From NCBI GenBank assembly GCA_965113315.1, contig OZ220370.1: a stretch of DNA of 64,000 nt; one strand, given 5' to 3'. The translations under genes were made by a program, and so were the position numbers. Position 1 is the first letter of the stretch; every line of letters starts with the position of its first letter. Under the pieces are notes generated by a model that saw nothing but the letters and a program-made list of their open reading frames with translations, searched no databases and had not been told where the DNA came from. Below, piece after piece: positions 14,669-28,810 of this stretch. This DNA comes from Podarcis vaucheri. Lineage: Eukaryota.

Positions 14669-15596
14669 TATGCTGCAGATATTAGCATATCTTTTTAAGA
14701 TTCTATAAGCTGTGAGAGTTCATATCCAAGACCTTCATTTTCATTCGTCATACTTCAGTTACAGTCCTTTTCCTATTAAGGATTATTTAAACCATGTGTT
14801 GTGTGTTATGGTATTTAAAAATGATTCTTTAATCAAAATAACTTTAAAACTACTAATCCTTACTTAGATTGGTCAAGTGAATCCACATAGTGGTACAGGA
14901 AAAATAAATCTACTCTCAAGAATGCAAATGCAGACAACAATTAGACACAGATGTTGGTGAAATTAGTTACAATTTACAAAATGCTACACTTTACATGCTT
15001 TCGGTTTTTTATGCAGGATGCGAAATTACAGTGCAGTGAGTAACTGCACTTAGGATGCCTAGTTTTTGGAAAGCAACATATGTATGAATAGCATTTCACC
15101 GTTACTGCTACTTTAATATGTCTGCATCTACTGTCATCTAATACGCCTTACCAACAAAGTATATGGTCTTCTATGGCTCATTAATTATTACACAAGTAGG
15201 AAGATTACAGCAATAATTAAAATCTACTCAAGAAAGAATACTTTAAAAATGGGAGGGAGAATTGCTACAATGAGCAAATGTCATGCACAGGGAAATCAGG
15301 CCAACAATATTTTAAATAAAACTTTCTGCTCCTTACGAAAAATCACATGATTACTACTTAGGAAGTGGCTTTAAAAGGCTAAAAAATGTTTGATTAACAT
15401 TGCCTCTTAGTATTTCTAAAATGAAAAAGAAAGGATTGCGATGGCAAAGCTACTAGCATCTTAAATAACACCAAAATGACACTTAAGTATCTTAAAGCAG
15501 TAACGTCTAATTCTGATTAGTTAATGAGATCTTTTAATTTTGGGTTTTTTCTAATTAAATTTATAATTCTTCACAGATGTAGGTTTTGTTGATGTT

Positions 15597-15928
15597 NNNN
15601 NNNNNNNNNNNNNNNNNNNNNNNNNNNNNNNNNNNNNNNNNNNNNNNNNNNNNNNNNNNNNNNNNNNNNNNNNNNNNNNNNNNNNNNNNNNNNNNNNNNN
15701 NNNNNNNNNNNNNNNNNNNNNNNNNNNNNNNNNNNNNNNNNNNNNNNNNNNNNNNNNNNNNNNNNNNNNNNNNNNNNNNNNNNNNNNNNNNNNNNNNNNN
15801 NNNNNNNNNNNNNNNNNNNNNNNNNNNNNNNNNNNNNNNNNNNNNNNNNNNNNNNNNNNNNNNNNNNNNNNNNNNNNNNNNNNNNNNNNNNNNNNNNNNN
15901 NNNNNNNNNNNNNNNNNNNNNNNNNNNN
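15597..15928. other. Assembly gap
   Basis: Run of N. Confidence 1.
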
Positions 15929-17512
15929 TTCTAAATCTCAGCACCATAGAACAAATAAAATGTAGGTACTTGTCTAAATTATTGGTTTTCCAGACTTTTT
16001 TTCACTTGCTAAAAGCAATTCTTATAAAATGACTATAATTTAGAACATTTCTTCCAGCTGAAAGAAAAAAATCAAAGTAAAAAATGCTATGCTTATTCAA
16101 ACAAATATAGCTCACATGTGAGTTAGTAACTTACTTTCAACCACAGTTGTGATCTAAACCAGAAATCGTAAAGACAATGGGAACTTTCTAATCATATTTT
16201 TTTATATCTGAAACTGCATTTCCCCCCGCAAAGTTAACATCTTCAACATAACATTAGCTACCTCCAAATGCTAAAGTATTTAAATGCACTTTTTAAAACC
16301 ATGTGCTTTAAAAATGTAACCATATTATTAAAACTAGATTAAATTAGTGCATCAATCCCCCAAACAGATTATAATGATAATCTCCCTAAATACATCTGAA
16401 ATTTTGACATATCACTGAAATTTAAAAACAGAAGACATATGTCACTGTGACAATGCTTCTGAAACAGCATAAATGTAACTTTGAAGTTGCAATCTTAAAG
16501 TCTCTTATTTTGTACACAATGGTACTTACTTCCAAGTAAACATGCCCAGCATTGCATTGTATGTTGCACTTTGTGTAACAACTTTTTAGTTACTATTAAA
16601 CATTCAACAAAACCCCACTCATTTGGATCTGTGTTAACCCCCGCTGCGACCACCACAATTGAAACAATGGCTTGCTTTTTTAAAAAAAATCTGTCACTGT
16701 GCTGGGTTTTCAGCTTCCTAAAGCTAAAGATAGGTCATTAAGCAACAAAGCTGAACCTCAGGTAATGCCAAAATTCCATTAATATGTGTTTCATACACAC
16801 GCAGCGTCATGCATTTATGAAATCCATAATTCTCTTGAGGCTAGTAGAAAGAAACCTCCAAGAAACCTTAAAATGCAGATTCCAGAAAGTATGCATGAAG
16901 GGGAGGGGGAAGAGAGACAAAAAAACAAAACAAAACAAAACAGTCACACACACACACACCCCATTCTGATGATCTAAAAAAAATTATCCTAAAGCTGACC
17001 ATCTGGACTTTCCTTTCATTAAAAGATAAACTTACATTTATTATCGGCTTTAAAAGTGACTTCTGCACTCACCCTCCCCATTAAAGTGCACCTAAAATTT
17101 GGGCTTGAGGGTAATTTTATATAATTTGATGTCTGGTTGTTGTTTTGGGGGTTTTTTAAAGAATATTTTGACGTTCATAAAACAGCTTCAAGAAAAACAT
17201 TCTTATAAATTTCGTGAGTAAGGAGATTCATAAACATGATGTAAAGTATGCTTGGGCTTTAAAGAGGTCGTTTCCTAATTCGAAGTGTTGAGTTTCCAGC
17301 AGTACCTAACGTCATATATAATATTGTCAGGGAGCTGTTTATTTTGCCATTTTGATAAAGCCCTCCTTTAAGGTTCAGCAGAGCTTTGCCAGCATTTAAA
17401 CATATTAAGCAGGATTTCCTGCTTCGGCAAGAGCTGTCAGTCTCTGCCATATGTCCCCCTTTCTCTGTTCTTCTGAATTCTTGTGCCTTTTAGCCAGGTC
17501 TATAAAAATTCA

Positions 17513-17533
17513 TGGAATATATATATATATATG

Positions 17534-17573
<40 letters not shown>

Positions 17574-17591
17574 AATATATATGTGTGTGTG
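17513..17591. repeat. Compound (TA)n microsatellite punctuated by GGAA, ending in (TG)n
   Basis: Seen directly in the sequence. Confidence 0.9.
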
Positions 17592-17788
17592 TTCTTTATT
17601 TTCAGTGACCCTCGAACACTTTAGAAAACCCAAATACAAGGCACAAAACGCAAGTTGAACAGAAATAAAGAGCTGAGAGCCACGTAGCATCTGATTTGTG
17701 GGGAGGCTACGAAGCGAACCGGGAAACACAATTAACTGCAAAAAGTGACGTATATTAGATATTAATTGGAGGTGGGAGTTGGGGGGGG

Positions 17789-17817
17789 GAGATAGAGATA
17801 GAGAGAGAGAGAGAGAG

Positions 17818-17860
<43 letters not shown>

Positions 17861-17862
17861 GA
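17789..17862. repeat. (GA)n/(GAAA)n polypurine microsatellite
   Basis: Seen directly in the sequence. Confidence 0.95.
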
Positions 17863-17929
17863 AACGTGCAGGAGATCCAGGCGTGGAAGATTACTGAGAT
17901 TCTTGGAAAAGTACAAACTTGTTTTGCAA

Positions 17930-19115
17930 ACAGGCCACGGACGAAGGTGCTTTTCGTCTGAAAGCAAAAACAAAAAAAGTGTCCTCTCTCCCTGTTTTGC
18001 AAGATGGGGCAGCTGTTGTCAAATCCATGCAGTTTTTGAAACAGCCGGGTTCGTACTTACAGTGAACGGCTTTGCTGCATCCACCAAGTATTATGGGCTG
18101 CCTTCACGCTGGCGCTTAACTTAGAGCCCAACCAACCGTTGCTCACATAGTTTTGTTTTGGTTGGGTTTTTTAAATTCCTGGGTGAAAAGCTCTCTCTCT
18201 CTCTCTAACTTGCCCTGGTTTGGGCTTAAAAAAAAAAAAAGTTTTTACTTTTTATTTTATTTTTTAAGTTCCCCCTCGACCAGAAGCGCAGCTCAGTCTG
18301 GAGGGGAAAAATCCGAGCTGAGAGCAGAGGGTGGCTGAGGAGCGAGCGAGAGACTGACTGGACTGACTTGACTTCTGTTGCTGTTGCTGCCGCCGCGGGC
18401 TGTGCCTGCCAAGCGAGAGTGTGTGTGTGTGTGTGTGTGTGTGGGAGAGAGAGAGAGAGAGGTGGGGTGGCTGTGGGGAGCGGAGCTGAGGGAGGGCGCT
18501 GTGTCTTCGGCGAAGAAATTGAAAACAGCCACCGAGGGCTTTCCCAGGAAGGCTTAAAGTCGGAAGTGGCACCGAGGGGCCCGTCTCCGGCAGCGGCAGC
18601 ACCCAGCTCTGAGGAGGACGCCGCCGCCGCCGCCGCTCCGAAATTCCCGCTCAAACGCCGCTTCGGGAAGAAGCCGCGGCGCGCGCGCTCTCTCTCTCTC
18701 TCCCGCTCGGCTCCTCAGCGAAGGCGGCCGGAGGTATTATCTGTGGGGAGGCTGAGCAGACAAAGGAGCGGCAGCCCAATCTTCATCTCTTCCCCCTCTC
18801 CATATAGGTGGTTTTACATTTTATTTTTTTGCCCAGTCTTGTAGGTCTGCCTCGAGGCTTCTCTCTCTCGCTCTCTCTCTCCCCTTCTCCCCCCTTTTGT
18901 TTATTTGTAATGCAAACCACAGCTATTCTCTTGTCCTTAAAAAATAAATAAATGCTAACACAATCGAACCGAGAGAGCCCTGGGCTGGCTTGCCTCAGAG
19001 GCAAACCTTTGCTGGCGAGCAGTTTGGGTATGCAAATGAAGGATCCCGCGGTATGTGAATAAACAGCTGTGGGGGAAGAATGCGGCCCGAGCGCGCCCTG
19101 TCAAGAAGCGCGCGG

Positions 19116-19161
<46 letters not shown>

Positions 19162-19520
19162 TGCTTCTGAGGCACCATCACCACCAAACCATTTATAGCT
19201 TCGGAGAGGAGGCACGGGAAAAGCCAGATCCGCACCTTCCGAGCGAGAGAGAGCATAATTAGCTTTCCTCAGCCGAGAGCCTTGGGGGATATGGGGGGGG
19301 GCGGATTTAAGCCCCTCTGAACGGGGCAGTTTCTTTTAAGTGAGGTTTCTTACGAGAAGCCCGAAGCGGACGACAAACCGCGGGATCCAGCCGGGAGAAG
19401 CTTCATAAGGAAGGGGACGATCCAGTCCACTCTTTACAATAATAATAATAATATCACGCAACATTCACGTCTGAACTCGACTTGGGCGCGCGTAGCAGAT
19501 TCGTCCTCTGCTGCGTAAGG
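17930..19520. promoter_or_regulatory. EYA1: CpG island / EYA1 proximal promoter
   Basis: Dense CpG and GC content against an AT-rich, CpG-poor background. Minus-strand TATAAAT at 19197-19191 lies about 29 nt before an Inr-like TCA (19170-19168). Octamer ATGCAAAT at 19030-19037 and ETS-like CGGAAGTG at ~18561. Confidence 0.8.
18061..19168 (-). other. EYA1: EYA1 proximal first exon (5' leader); the 5' boundary is approximate
   Basis: Strong donor TTCACT|gtaagt at 18061/18060 inside a CpG island. Blocks such as AGGACAAGAGAATAGCTGTGGTTTGC and GCCACTTCCGACTTTAAGCCTTCC resemble the recalled mammalian EYA1 5'UTR. Confidence 0.75.
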
Positions 19521-22500
19521 AAAGGGGCAAAAATATCCACATAAAAAGTCAGTTCAGAAATATTTAACCTACACTAAACCCTGCCCTGTGCCAACATCAA
19601 GCAATCTGACACGATAACCACAAACCTTTCAACAGTTCATAATGTGCAGATACAAATGATGGTGGGCAAAATGAATCATTTAAACACACTTCGACTTGGA
19701 TTTCATTTTTAGAGCAATTGCACCTCATCCTTATTCATACTTGGTGGTGCACAGTGTCTTTTTACATTAATTGTGTTTTTATCTGTCCTTTGTGTACATA
19801 AAAACTCAGGCTAGGAAAGAATCTAGTGGGAATATTTTGGGTAACTGATGTCTTTTTAAAAGAATGATATTTTAATACAATTACCGTTCTTCGAAAAATC
19901 GAACTACACATCACCAGAGAAGCAGTGCCTCCCACCCACAATAACAGAGTTATTCTGAGCTATTTAAACCAATCTCACCATAAGATATACATTTATAAAT
20001 AAGCACAGCCTCCTCCACAATACAGTACAAATAATTTTCTCACAAGGAGATAAACACTGAATTGTATACATAGCTTACTTATACAAGTTCAAATGCCCTA
20101 ACTAAAACTGGTTTCCGACTCACATTCATAATTTTGTCTCAGAGTCTGTTATCATATATTGAGTATAGCCTTACCTTCCATTAACAAACTTTGTGATTGA
20201 AAACAACTCTCATAAATAGAAAATACCTTCTGGCTGCAATGTCCAGCTGATACACATTCTGAAGAAAATCTATCAATAAAACTTTCCACCAAGCAAAAAA
20301 GTTGTGCCTAACAGTCTTAAGCTGATACACCAAGGGTCTCTATTTGCTTAGCGCTGGCAAAGAAAAAATAAAAAAATCATGGGATAGACACCTACCATAT
20401 ATGGAAGGTTAAGGTCAAAATCCACATATTTCTATTGGATCTGTTCATGGAGCCAGTATAAACAGAGATGCTTGCCTTCTTTATATCGCTTAAACGTCAT
20501 ACTCAAAGTGTTCTTTATAATGGTTCATTAAACTGCACTAGAAATAAATTTATTTGCAATATTTTAATTTTATTAGGCAAGATTTTACTAAAATCAAATC
20601 CTTATATTTACTATGACACAAGGAATAGCCATTGCTCTGGGCTTTATTTTCATTCTAAGCAATCTGTTAAAAGAATATGTTATTGATGTTTATCAGCATA
20701 AATTTGTTTCTCCAGCACACTGTTAAAATGAGAACATTAGAAAAGTTAGTACACATTGTATGTAGATAACTATTAAACCTTGCTTTCTTCCCCAGAAACA
20801 CACAACTGCTGGAAATAATTTTGCAAATATGCAAAGAATAAAAAAGTGAGGTAATGTACCAAACCTGATATATTTCTACTATACAAATACAATACTAACC
20901 CAGTCTCCCCCCCCCAAAAAAATACAGTTTTATTAACTACATTAAGGCTGCAAGCCTACATACACTTACATGGGAGTAAGTTTTACTGAACTCAGTGGGG
21001 CTTACTTCCGAGTAGTCATGTATCAAATTGCTCTTTCAGAAGTTTTAGAATAGATACTAAAGCAATTGCTTTCCATGGTTAAAAATTTGTACTGAAATCA
21101 TTTGAAGGTTACACAATGAATTCAGTCTGAATGTATCCAATGTCAAAATCATTTATACTCAAATATGTATTTACAGTGGTTGACAGACAAGTAGCTAATT
21201 TTATGTACAAGATAGATATATTCAAGTCTGGAAAGACTAATCTACCTTGGATTTGCAAGAGATTCATTGGTGAACATTTTAATAATCCTTTAGTAAAGCA
21301 TTCATTCATACTTCATACAGTGAGTGGAGATATAAAGGATCATAGCTTTGTAGGTCTGTGTTAAACTCCTGATCTGACTATTTGTATATAATTATTTGAC
21401 AAAATGCCAGTAGAATCTGAAAAAAATACCTGTTTCAGCATAAGCATTCCTTTTTAAATGTAATTTACAAACCACAGATTTGCTATTGGAGGCCAATTTT
21501 TCAGCAAGGGTAAAATAAGCTCTGTTTGATTTCACTATGAGCCTTATTTATATTATCTGAAGCGCCCTTCTTGACTTTATATGAGCAGATTCCTGGGTTC
21601 TGCATAGGGAAATGTGTTAATTTTCATACATTGTTTCTGCTCTTAATGTCACCAAGGTCCAATCAACCCTCTCCAATTCACAGTTCTTGCACACAACTTA
21701 TCTGGCACTAAATTATATTAATATCAGTAGGACTTAATCCAACACATGCATTTAAGATCAAGGTGCTGGACAATGATCCTGAAACTTTATAGCCTGTGAT
21801 CCCAAGCAAGGACATGCTCTTCTACTAAAATCAATGGAAATTATTTCTTTATATGCCTTTTTAAGCTTGAGAAGTCTGAAAAAAGCATTCTAAAATCCCA
21901 CTGACATGCTACATATTATTTATTTGTCTAATAATTTTTCAGACATGTTACTGGAGAAGACTCCTCCTGAGGAGACATAGCTGGGGTTTTGTTTTGTTTT
22001 GTTAAAAAAAATACAAAATACAATAAAGCAATAAAAAAATCAAATGGTGTCAATTTTTTTTAACCACCCTCCAATTCAGAAATTTCCAAGCAGTTCACAA
22101 TAACTCATAAGACATAGTAAAATAACATTAATCAATAAATATAGCAGAGAAAAAGTTTTTTTTAAAATTCAAATCACATGCCAACTGCTGGTTTGAACTA
22201 GAAGTTTTCACCTGACTCTTAAAAATCTACAGGGAAGAACTCTAGCAGGCTCCTCTAGGAAAGGAAAGCATAGAACAGGCCCCACAACCAAGAAGGCCCT
22301 GTTGTATGTCCTCCCCAACAGACACAGAAGTTGGTCCTTTCCTGCAAATCGCAGCAAATGAATTTCGAAAGCCAAAGAGTTTGATATTTAGCAGCATTTT
22401 GCATCACTTGCAAAAGGTGAAACAAAGGCAATACATTTGCTTAAGGCATCTTCAAATTATATCCTGCCATCTCTGAAATCCTTAAAGAGCAATTTACTCC

Positions 22501-24652
22501 ATAAATAGTCCTTGTTTAACAGAATCTGGTAACTATGTACTGGAATGCAAATTTTGCAGTATGCAAATGTTACAAATTACTTCCCTCCCACTCATCTTAA
22601 GGAGCTGATTTAGATACCTTCAAAAGATTGTTCATTCCCAGTGTGATATTCTATTTTTTATTATTATCTTTGAACAGAAGCCCTCAAAGCTGTATCAAAA
22701 AACTGCTTTTGAAACTCCACTGTGCATAATGGATCTTGACTCTCCTAGTAAGAAATACATGTCAGAATATGTGTGTGTGTCATACTCAGAGTAGACCCAC
22801 TGACATTAATAGACATGAGTAATCTCATTCTGAATATGAATAATGTTGGCTACAACTATGATTCTATGAACCCATAGTTTTGACGTTTGACTCTTTACTC
22901 TCTGTTCCTCTCTGAATCTTTACTCTCTGTTCCTAAATTACTTATCTTGATCCACCAAGGCAGATCATGTGTATGGAACCATAATTGCACATATGCCAAT
23001 GCAGTTAACAAAAGGAAGCAAAAGCAATAGCTCTGCATCAGATTTTGGATGCACCTTGATTGGTCAAGAAAGTGGTTCTCATCTTCATTTGCAACTTCTC
23101 ACCCTATCCTAATCAATGTAATACAGGAGACTGTGTGTTTCACCAAAAAACATTGGTTTTTGGTGTTAGAAGTCAAGGAAGAAATTCTTTATATCATGGT
23201 TAGGGAACCTGTGGACTGTAACTCCTATCAGCTTCAGCCAGCATAGCAAATGGTCAAGGATGGTGGCAGCTTTAATCCAACAACACCTAGAGAGCCACAG
23301 ATGCCCAGTCCTAGCTTTATATTAAGTAATTAATTTAGAATTCTTGACAACCTGCTTTTTAGTCAAAAGACTTTCAGAGTGGGTTGCATCCATTAAAACC
23401 TCTAAAAATGAGGCTTTGCGTCAGATGAATCTTCTTGGGAAACAATTCTATAACCTGGGCATCACAAAATACAAGTTTCACCACCCATATTTCCTCTAAT
23501 GATAGTGAGACCTGAAGAAGAGCCTCCAAGGAAAATTATAATAGGAAAGTTCATGTGGGGAAAGATGGCCTTTCATGTAGTTTAGTCAGCAGTTTGTGGG
23601 CTTTCCTTGGGTCTTTCTCTGGGAATCTTAAAATACACCAACACTCCATGTAGTAGATCTATTGTTTCCTTCTTTTTAGATCCGTCTACCTGGCTCTATG
23701 CTTGTAATAACAGCAAGATCTCTGGCAACTGACAGCTCTTTACTTACACTTAAGGAAAAGGGGGACAAGGAACTCTAGTTATTGGAAAAGGCTCACTGGG
23801 ATTTAGTGATAAAATGTGCAAGCCACTGTCTGCAGTAGAGTTTTGAGGTTGAGAAGGCACGGCTATGTCATTGTATGTTCACTATAATGTGACCTGATAT
23901 CAAAACAATGTTCTTGGAGGCTGTAGGTATTGTCTGTGTCACGCCATTGTAATTCCATCAAGTAAAACATCTTTAGCTTTAAAAGCACTAGTTCTCTCAA
24001 ACACAATGTTTGTGTCACCGTAGAAATCACTTAATAATGAACAATAAAATCCAGTTCAGAGCACACAGATTCAGTTAAGTAACTTTATTCTTTTGCATAG
24101 TTCCACTAGGGTCTAAAGCTCCTGAACCAAGCATTGTATACTACTTAAATGACTGTAAGACCAAGATGAAAACAGATCAGGAACATTATAGGCTCCATAC
24201 AAAACACTGTTGATAATGATTTATATTAACATTTTAATGCATTCTCAATATGAGAGGGGGGAAACATAATATAATAATCATTTGCTACATGAGTTGACGG
24301 TAATTTGGTTATTCATTTTAATAAAGCACTCAACACAGATAATAAGCACGCTTTGTGACTAGATCATAATTATTATGGGTATATGCTTCCAAATACATTT
24401 AATTGTGTGAAAAACAACAGATTGAATTATACTTCCTAGAATAATCAGATCTATTCCAATACTTTATTGGCTCCTTGGCCTTCACAAAAACTATAAAAAC
24501 AGAAGTTTTGCATGCCATGCATGTGGTTTTGAAATGTTAGCTAGCCTTTTAAAAATTACTTTGAAATCAACAATAAAACAGATTATTTTTCTTTGTAAAA
24601 TTGAATAAAAATTAGCAATGTGTGTAGTGCAGCCAAGGCTAAGTACTTTTAA

Positions 24653-24742
24653 GGCTGCAATCCTATATACACTTACCTGGAAGTAAGTCCCATTTAACTT
24701 AATGAGGCTTACTTCTGAGTAAACATGCACAAAATTATACTG
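24653..24742. mobile_element. Representative copy of a dispersed ~85-bp quasi-palindromic element
   Basis: GGCTGCAATCCTAT...GTAAGTCCCA...GCTTACTTCTGAGTAAACATG. About 10 related copies occur across the window (see findings). Confidence 0.75.
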
Positions 24743-25585
24743 TAATACAGGGTTTTCTAGAATTCGGTCATTAATTTCGGAGAGTCTTAAGCAAATGCTT
24801 AACTGTCATCAAAGTCAATTGTATTTTTAAGTGCCTAACTTGGACTGAATTGTACTTGGTGGCCTAAAGTATTTTCTTTTTTCACCAAGGAAAGGGTTAG
24901 GCAGCTATTTCAGAAAAGTACATTGCTGCCCATGACATAAATTTCATTAATTATTATTTCCAAGAGTGTTGCTTACAGTACTCTTCCCTGGAGGCAATTT
25001 AAGGCTGTGCAACCAATTTGTCCAAATTCAAACTGAACCAGCCAATTTGTACAGATTTGTGCCAAATTTGGATCGGATTGACACAGCTACAAAACACTAC
25101 AGAGTGGGTTGCATGTGCCCAAATAAATTTGTGACAATTCGTGCCAGTCTGAAACTAAATATTAGTATCTCTAAAGCTAGACTTTCTCCACTGCTGTAAT
25201 TATTAAGCACGCCATATAAGAAGAATGCTGGGTGAGGAGAGGAAGGAAAGCTGGACAGCTCTAGCTTCCAATCCAGGGCTAGAATCTCACCAAATACTCT
25301 CCAATCACAGTGCTTGGACAGAGGGATGGTGGTGTCAAAATGCAGCAAGCTCACCTCTCTTTTAATAAGTCCTGTCTCTTAGGTGTCAATCAGCCAAAGG
25401 CCTGGTTAAAGAGGGACATTTTCTCCTGGCGCCTAAAAGGTGTATAATGAAGGCGCCAGGCAAACCTTCCTGGGGAAAGCATTCCACAAATGGGGAGCCA
25501 CTGCAGAAAAGGCCCATTCTCTTGTTTCCGCCCTCCCGTTTATTAGTACTTTTGTGTGTGTAAGTCTTGTAAGTACATTGTACAC

Positions 25586-25832
25586 CAGGGGTCAGCAATC
25601 TTTTTCAGCAGGGGGCCAGTCGACTGTCCCTCAGACCTTGTGGGGGGCCGGACTATATTTTGGAAGAAAAAAAATGAACGAATTCCTATGCACCACAAAT
25701 AACCCAGAGATGCATTTTAAATAAAAGGACACATTCTACCTTATGTAAAAACACACTGATTCCGTCTGTGGGCCGAATTTAGAAGGCGATTGGGCCTGAT
25801 CCAGTCCCCGGGGCTTAGTTTGCCTCCCTATG
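25586..25832. mobile_element. Non-autonomous hAT-type DNA transposon
   Basis: Starts CAGGGGTCAGCAA, ends TTGCCTCCCTATG. Perfect 8-bp TSD TTGTACAC at 25578-25585 and 25833-25840. Confidence 0.85.
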
Positions 25833-28454
25833 TTGTACACAGTCAGTGCACAAGCAGCACACATGCAATGCAATAATACTTGCATGAGTGTATTTTTTAT
25901 TTTTATTTTTGAGTACACACACACACACACACACACACACCTGGAACTACCCATTTTGAAATTTGACAGGATTAATCCCTTCTTGAGGGGCAACCGTATA
26001 TCCCAAGTCCATGCACCAATGTTAAAAACAAAGAAAGTTATGGCTGTTTTGGTTTCCCATTCCCAGTCAATGGCATTTCAGATTATTTGTTTTTTCCTAC
26101 ACTGTGGTTTGGATCTGTGCGTCAGGTCAGGCTGGATCCTGATTGCCCCGAGTCAGGGCTGGTATAAATAGCTGAATCAGGCTCTGAATCAAATTGTGGG
26201 GCTTGGGGGGGGGGGGAGATGCACAACCACACAACCCAGATCCAATGCAGCAATGTCATTGATCTTTCAGTGTAGTCTGTATTGCGGAGAAAAGCACATG
26301 CTTAATTTGCTGCTATTGCAACCAATCATTTCAGTTTGGATAGTTCATGCCTGGTTATTGTTTGTTTTGGGGTGGATGAACAACACCATCTTGTAGAAGT
26401 GGCAACTGTAAATGACAAAGGAGAATGTCTGAATTAAAAGTATAGTTAGATGGATCACTTGCTGTATACTCCCCCCACCTATTAATTGGTTAATTCCAAT
26501 TAACCATAGTGACTCACTTGAATACTTCATATCATATACGTAATATTATTTTAATTGTATTTACCAGAGATCCATTAGTTTGCCATTGAATACAATGTCA
26601 AAATTCCAACCAAAGTCAATGCAAGCAGGATTTGATCTCAGAGTTAAAGTGTACTGATTACACAGTGGCTGAAATTTGTCCTTTAAATTTTTTAATAATA
26701 ATGAAAAAAATCTAACGAGTTATAATTGGAGAACAATGGTAGGGGTGGAGGAATCCAGCAGCTTCAAAGTTTTACCCCTCCTCCTTCGTTCCAGCAGCAT
26801 TAGCTCTTTTTCTTCAGTTTCACAAATCGGAAAAAGAGTAACCTCTAAAGCTGTTTTAGACTGAAGGTCAGAATTCAAAGGGCTGGTAACTTAATCCACA
26901 GAACACTACAATCACATTGCTATTGGAAACACACTGAGGAGTATTTGCATTCTTGAGGCTTATATTAAGCAATGTCAGTAAGTATACAACCTGTACACAG
27001 TACATTTATACATATACATACATATTAAACACACACAAACATTTATATTAAAAAAATAGAGAGGCGGGGGGGGGACCTTTCCTTAACTTACGGTTGCAAG
27101 AGATCAAGTAGCCTAATGCCACTGAATTTTACTTTAGTGCTCTGGGAGGTGAGGAAACTGGACTGTGTGTTATTTGGTAATTAAAGCAACAGCTTTGGTT
27201 TGTTTTAGCAAATACTTAAAAGGTACCTTTTCCAGCTCAAATGTAAACAAAGGTTAAGATCTTATTTAGTACCATACTTTCATGGTACTAAAAATTTGAC
27301 AAAATAATAAATAAGCACTCGAGAGACAGTTCTATTAATATAGCCTTCTATTAACCCCAGCCATTTCAGTTTATATAGAATTAAATAAAGATTTAACCCT
27401 ATTATGAGAAACTGCTTTTTTCAGGCACAACAAACAACAAAATTTACCTGGAAAGTTGAAACCAAGGTGACATAAATTTCAGGGAGGGGGATTATTTGTA
27501 TATTTATATTGACCTTCATTTATATTCCCACTTCTTTTGCTTCAGTCATATCCCCATCCATTTTGCCAACACAATAATTTTATATGACAGAATAATAAAT
27601 AAATTATATGGAAATTATTATTATTATTTTGCCAAATATGAGTGTCTTCATTTTGTTTGCAAATGGGTCCATTTAAGAATTCTAAATGGCATGTCCTTTC
27701 TTATAATCAATGTGAATTGTTTTTATGTTTCTGTAAAACCAGTTTCAGGAAGTATTATAAAAATCAGGGATTTTGCCTTGAAGAATGGAGTTTTATTCTC
27801 TTGCAGGGTATTAGTTTAGATGAACAAGACTAAATAAAACAACAAACTACAACTGGAAATGACATTTCCTCCAGCATTTGTAAAATAAAAGCTGTTAACC
27901 GTGCTGATAGAGACTGTCTAGGATTCAAGTTACCTCAGGAAAACAAATCACTGAGAAGCAAGGAGAAGGATAATAGTAGTGCAGCTATCATGTCATCCCC
28001 TGCTGGCTGATCTATAGAGCTCCAATTAGCTGAGGCCTAATCGGAAGGCTGTTCACTTTCTTTTCTTGGCCGGTGAGATATGAATTCATTCCCAAACAGA
28101 AACTCCTAGGCAGGGGGAAACTAAACAGAACTTAAAATTACAGATTAAAACGTGAAACTTTCGATAACTTTGCTTTATACAGCACAGTACTCATTCAACA
28201 ATATTAAGGGGGTAATTTAGCCCAGTTTCTAATACAGTATTTACTCACTTTGTTTAAAGCCCATATTTTTCTAGTTTACAGTAGCATGGGGCCCTATGCC
28301 AAAATGCATGCTAGTACTAGTGAAAATGTCTGAAGAACCAGTTTCGTGTAGTGTGCTAAATCCAGGAAGACCTGCATAATCTCCATTTGATTATGCAACG
28401 CAGTGGCTGATCTTAGACTAGCCAGCATATCTCATCGTGGACTACAAAGGAGAG

Positions 28455-28800
28455 GAGCTGTGTGTCAGTGGTAGAGCACATGTTCTGTATGCAAAATGTT
28501 GCAGGTTCAATCCCTGTCATCTCCAGGTAGGATTGGCCATGTCTCCACCTGAAATCCTGGAGACCCACAGCAAGTCAGTTTAGGCCAGGCACTCCCAAAC
28601 TTGGCCCTCCAGCTGTTTTTGGACTACAGTTCCCATCAGCCCTAACCACTGGTTCTGTTGGCTAGGGATGATGGGAGTTGACAATAAAGATATTAAAAAA
28701 AAAATTGTAGTCACAAAACAGCAGGAGGGCCAAGTTTGGGGGTGCCTGGTTTAGGCAATACTGAATTAGAGGGACCAATGATCTTATTTGCTATCCAGTG
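28455..28800 (+). mobile_element. Old tRNA-derived SINE, interrupted by a hAT MITE
   Basis: A box (TCAGTGGTAGAGC) and B box (GGTTCAATCCC). The body resumes after the MITE (AATACTGAATTAGAGGGACCAATG). A related copy lies at ~31889-32030. Confidence 0.65.
28586..28748. mobile_element. hAT-type MITE
   Basis: TIRs CAGGCACTCCCAAACTTGGCCCTCC / GGAGGGCCAAGTTTGGGGGTGCCTG and perfect 8-bp TSD GTTTAGGC. Confidence 0.9.
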
Positions 28801-28810
28801 TTCTTATGTA

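Noticed and set aside
15561-16032. ORFs spanning N runs (also at 38029 and 40184)
   Set aside because: Artefacts of assembly gaps.
18226-18844. Overlapping 112-158 aa ORFs in the CpG island
   Set aside because: Low-complexity products of GC-rich and microsatellite sequence; no recognisable domain.
28455-28530. tRNA-like sequence
   Set aside because: Degenerate stems followed by a SINE body; a SINE head, not a tRNA gene.
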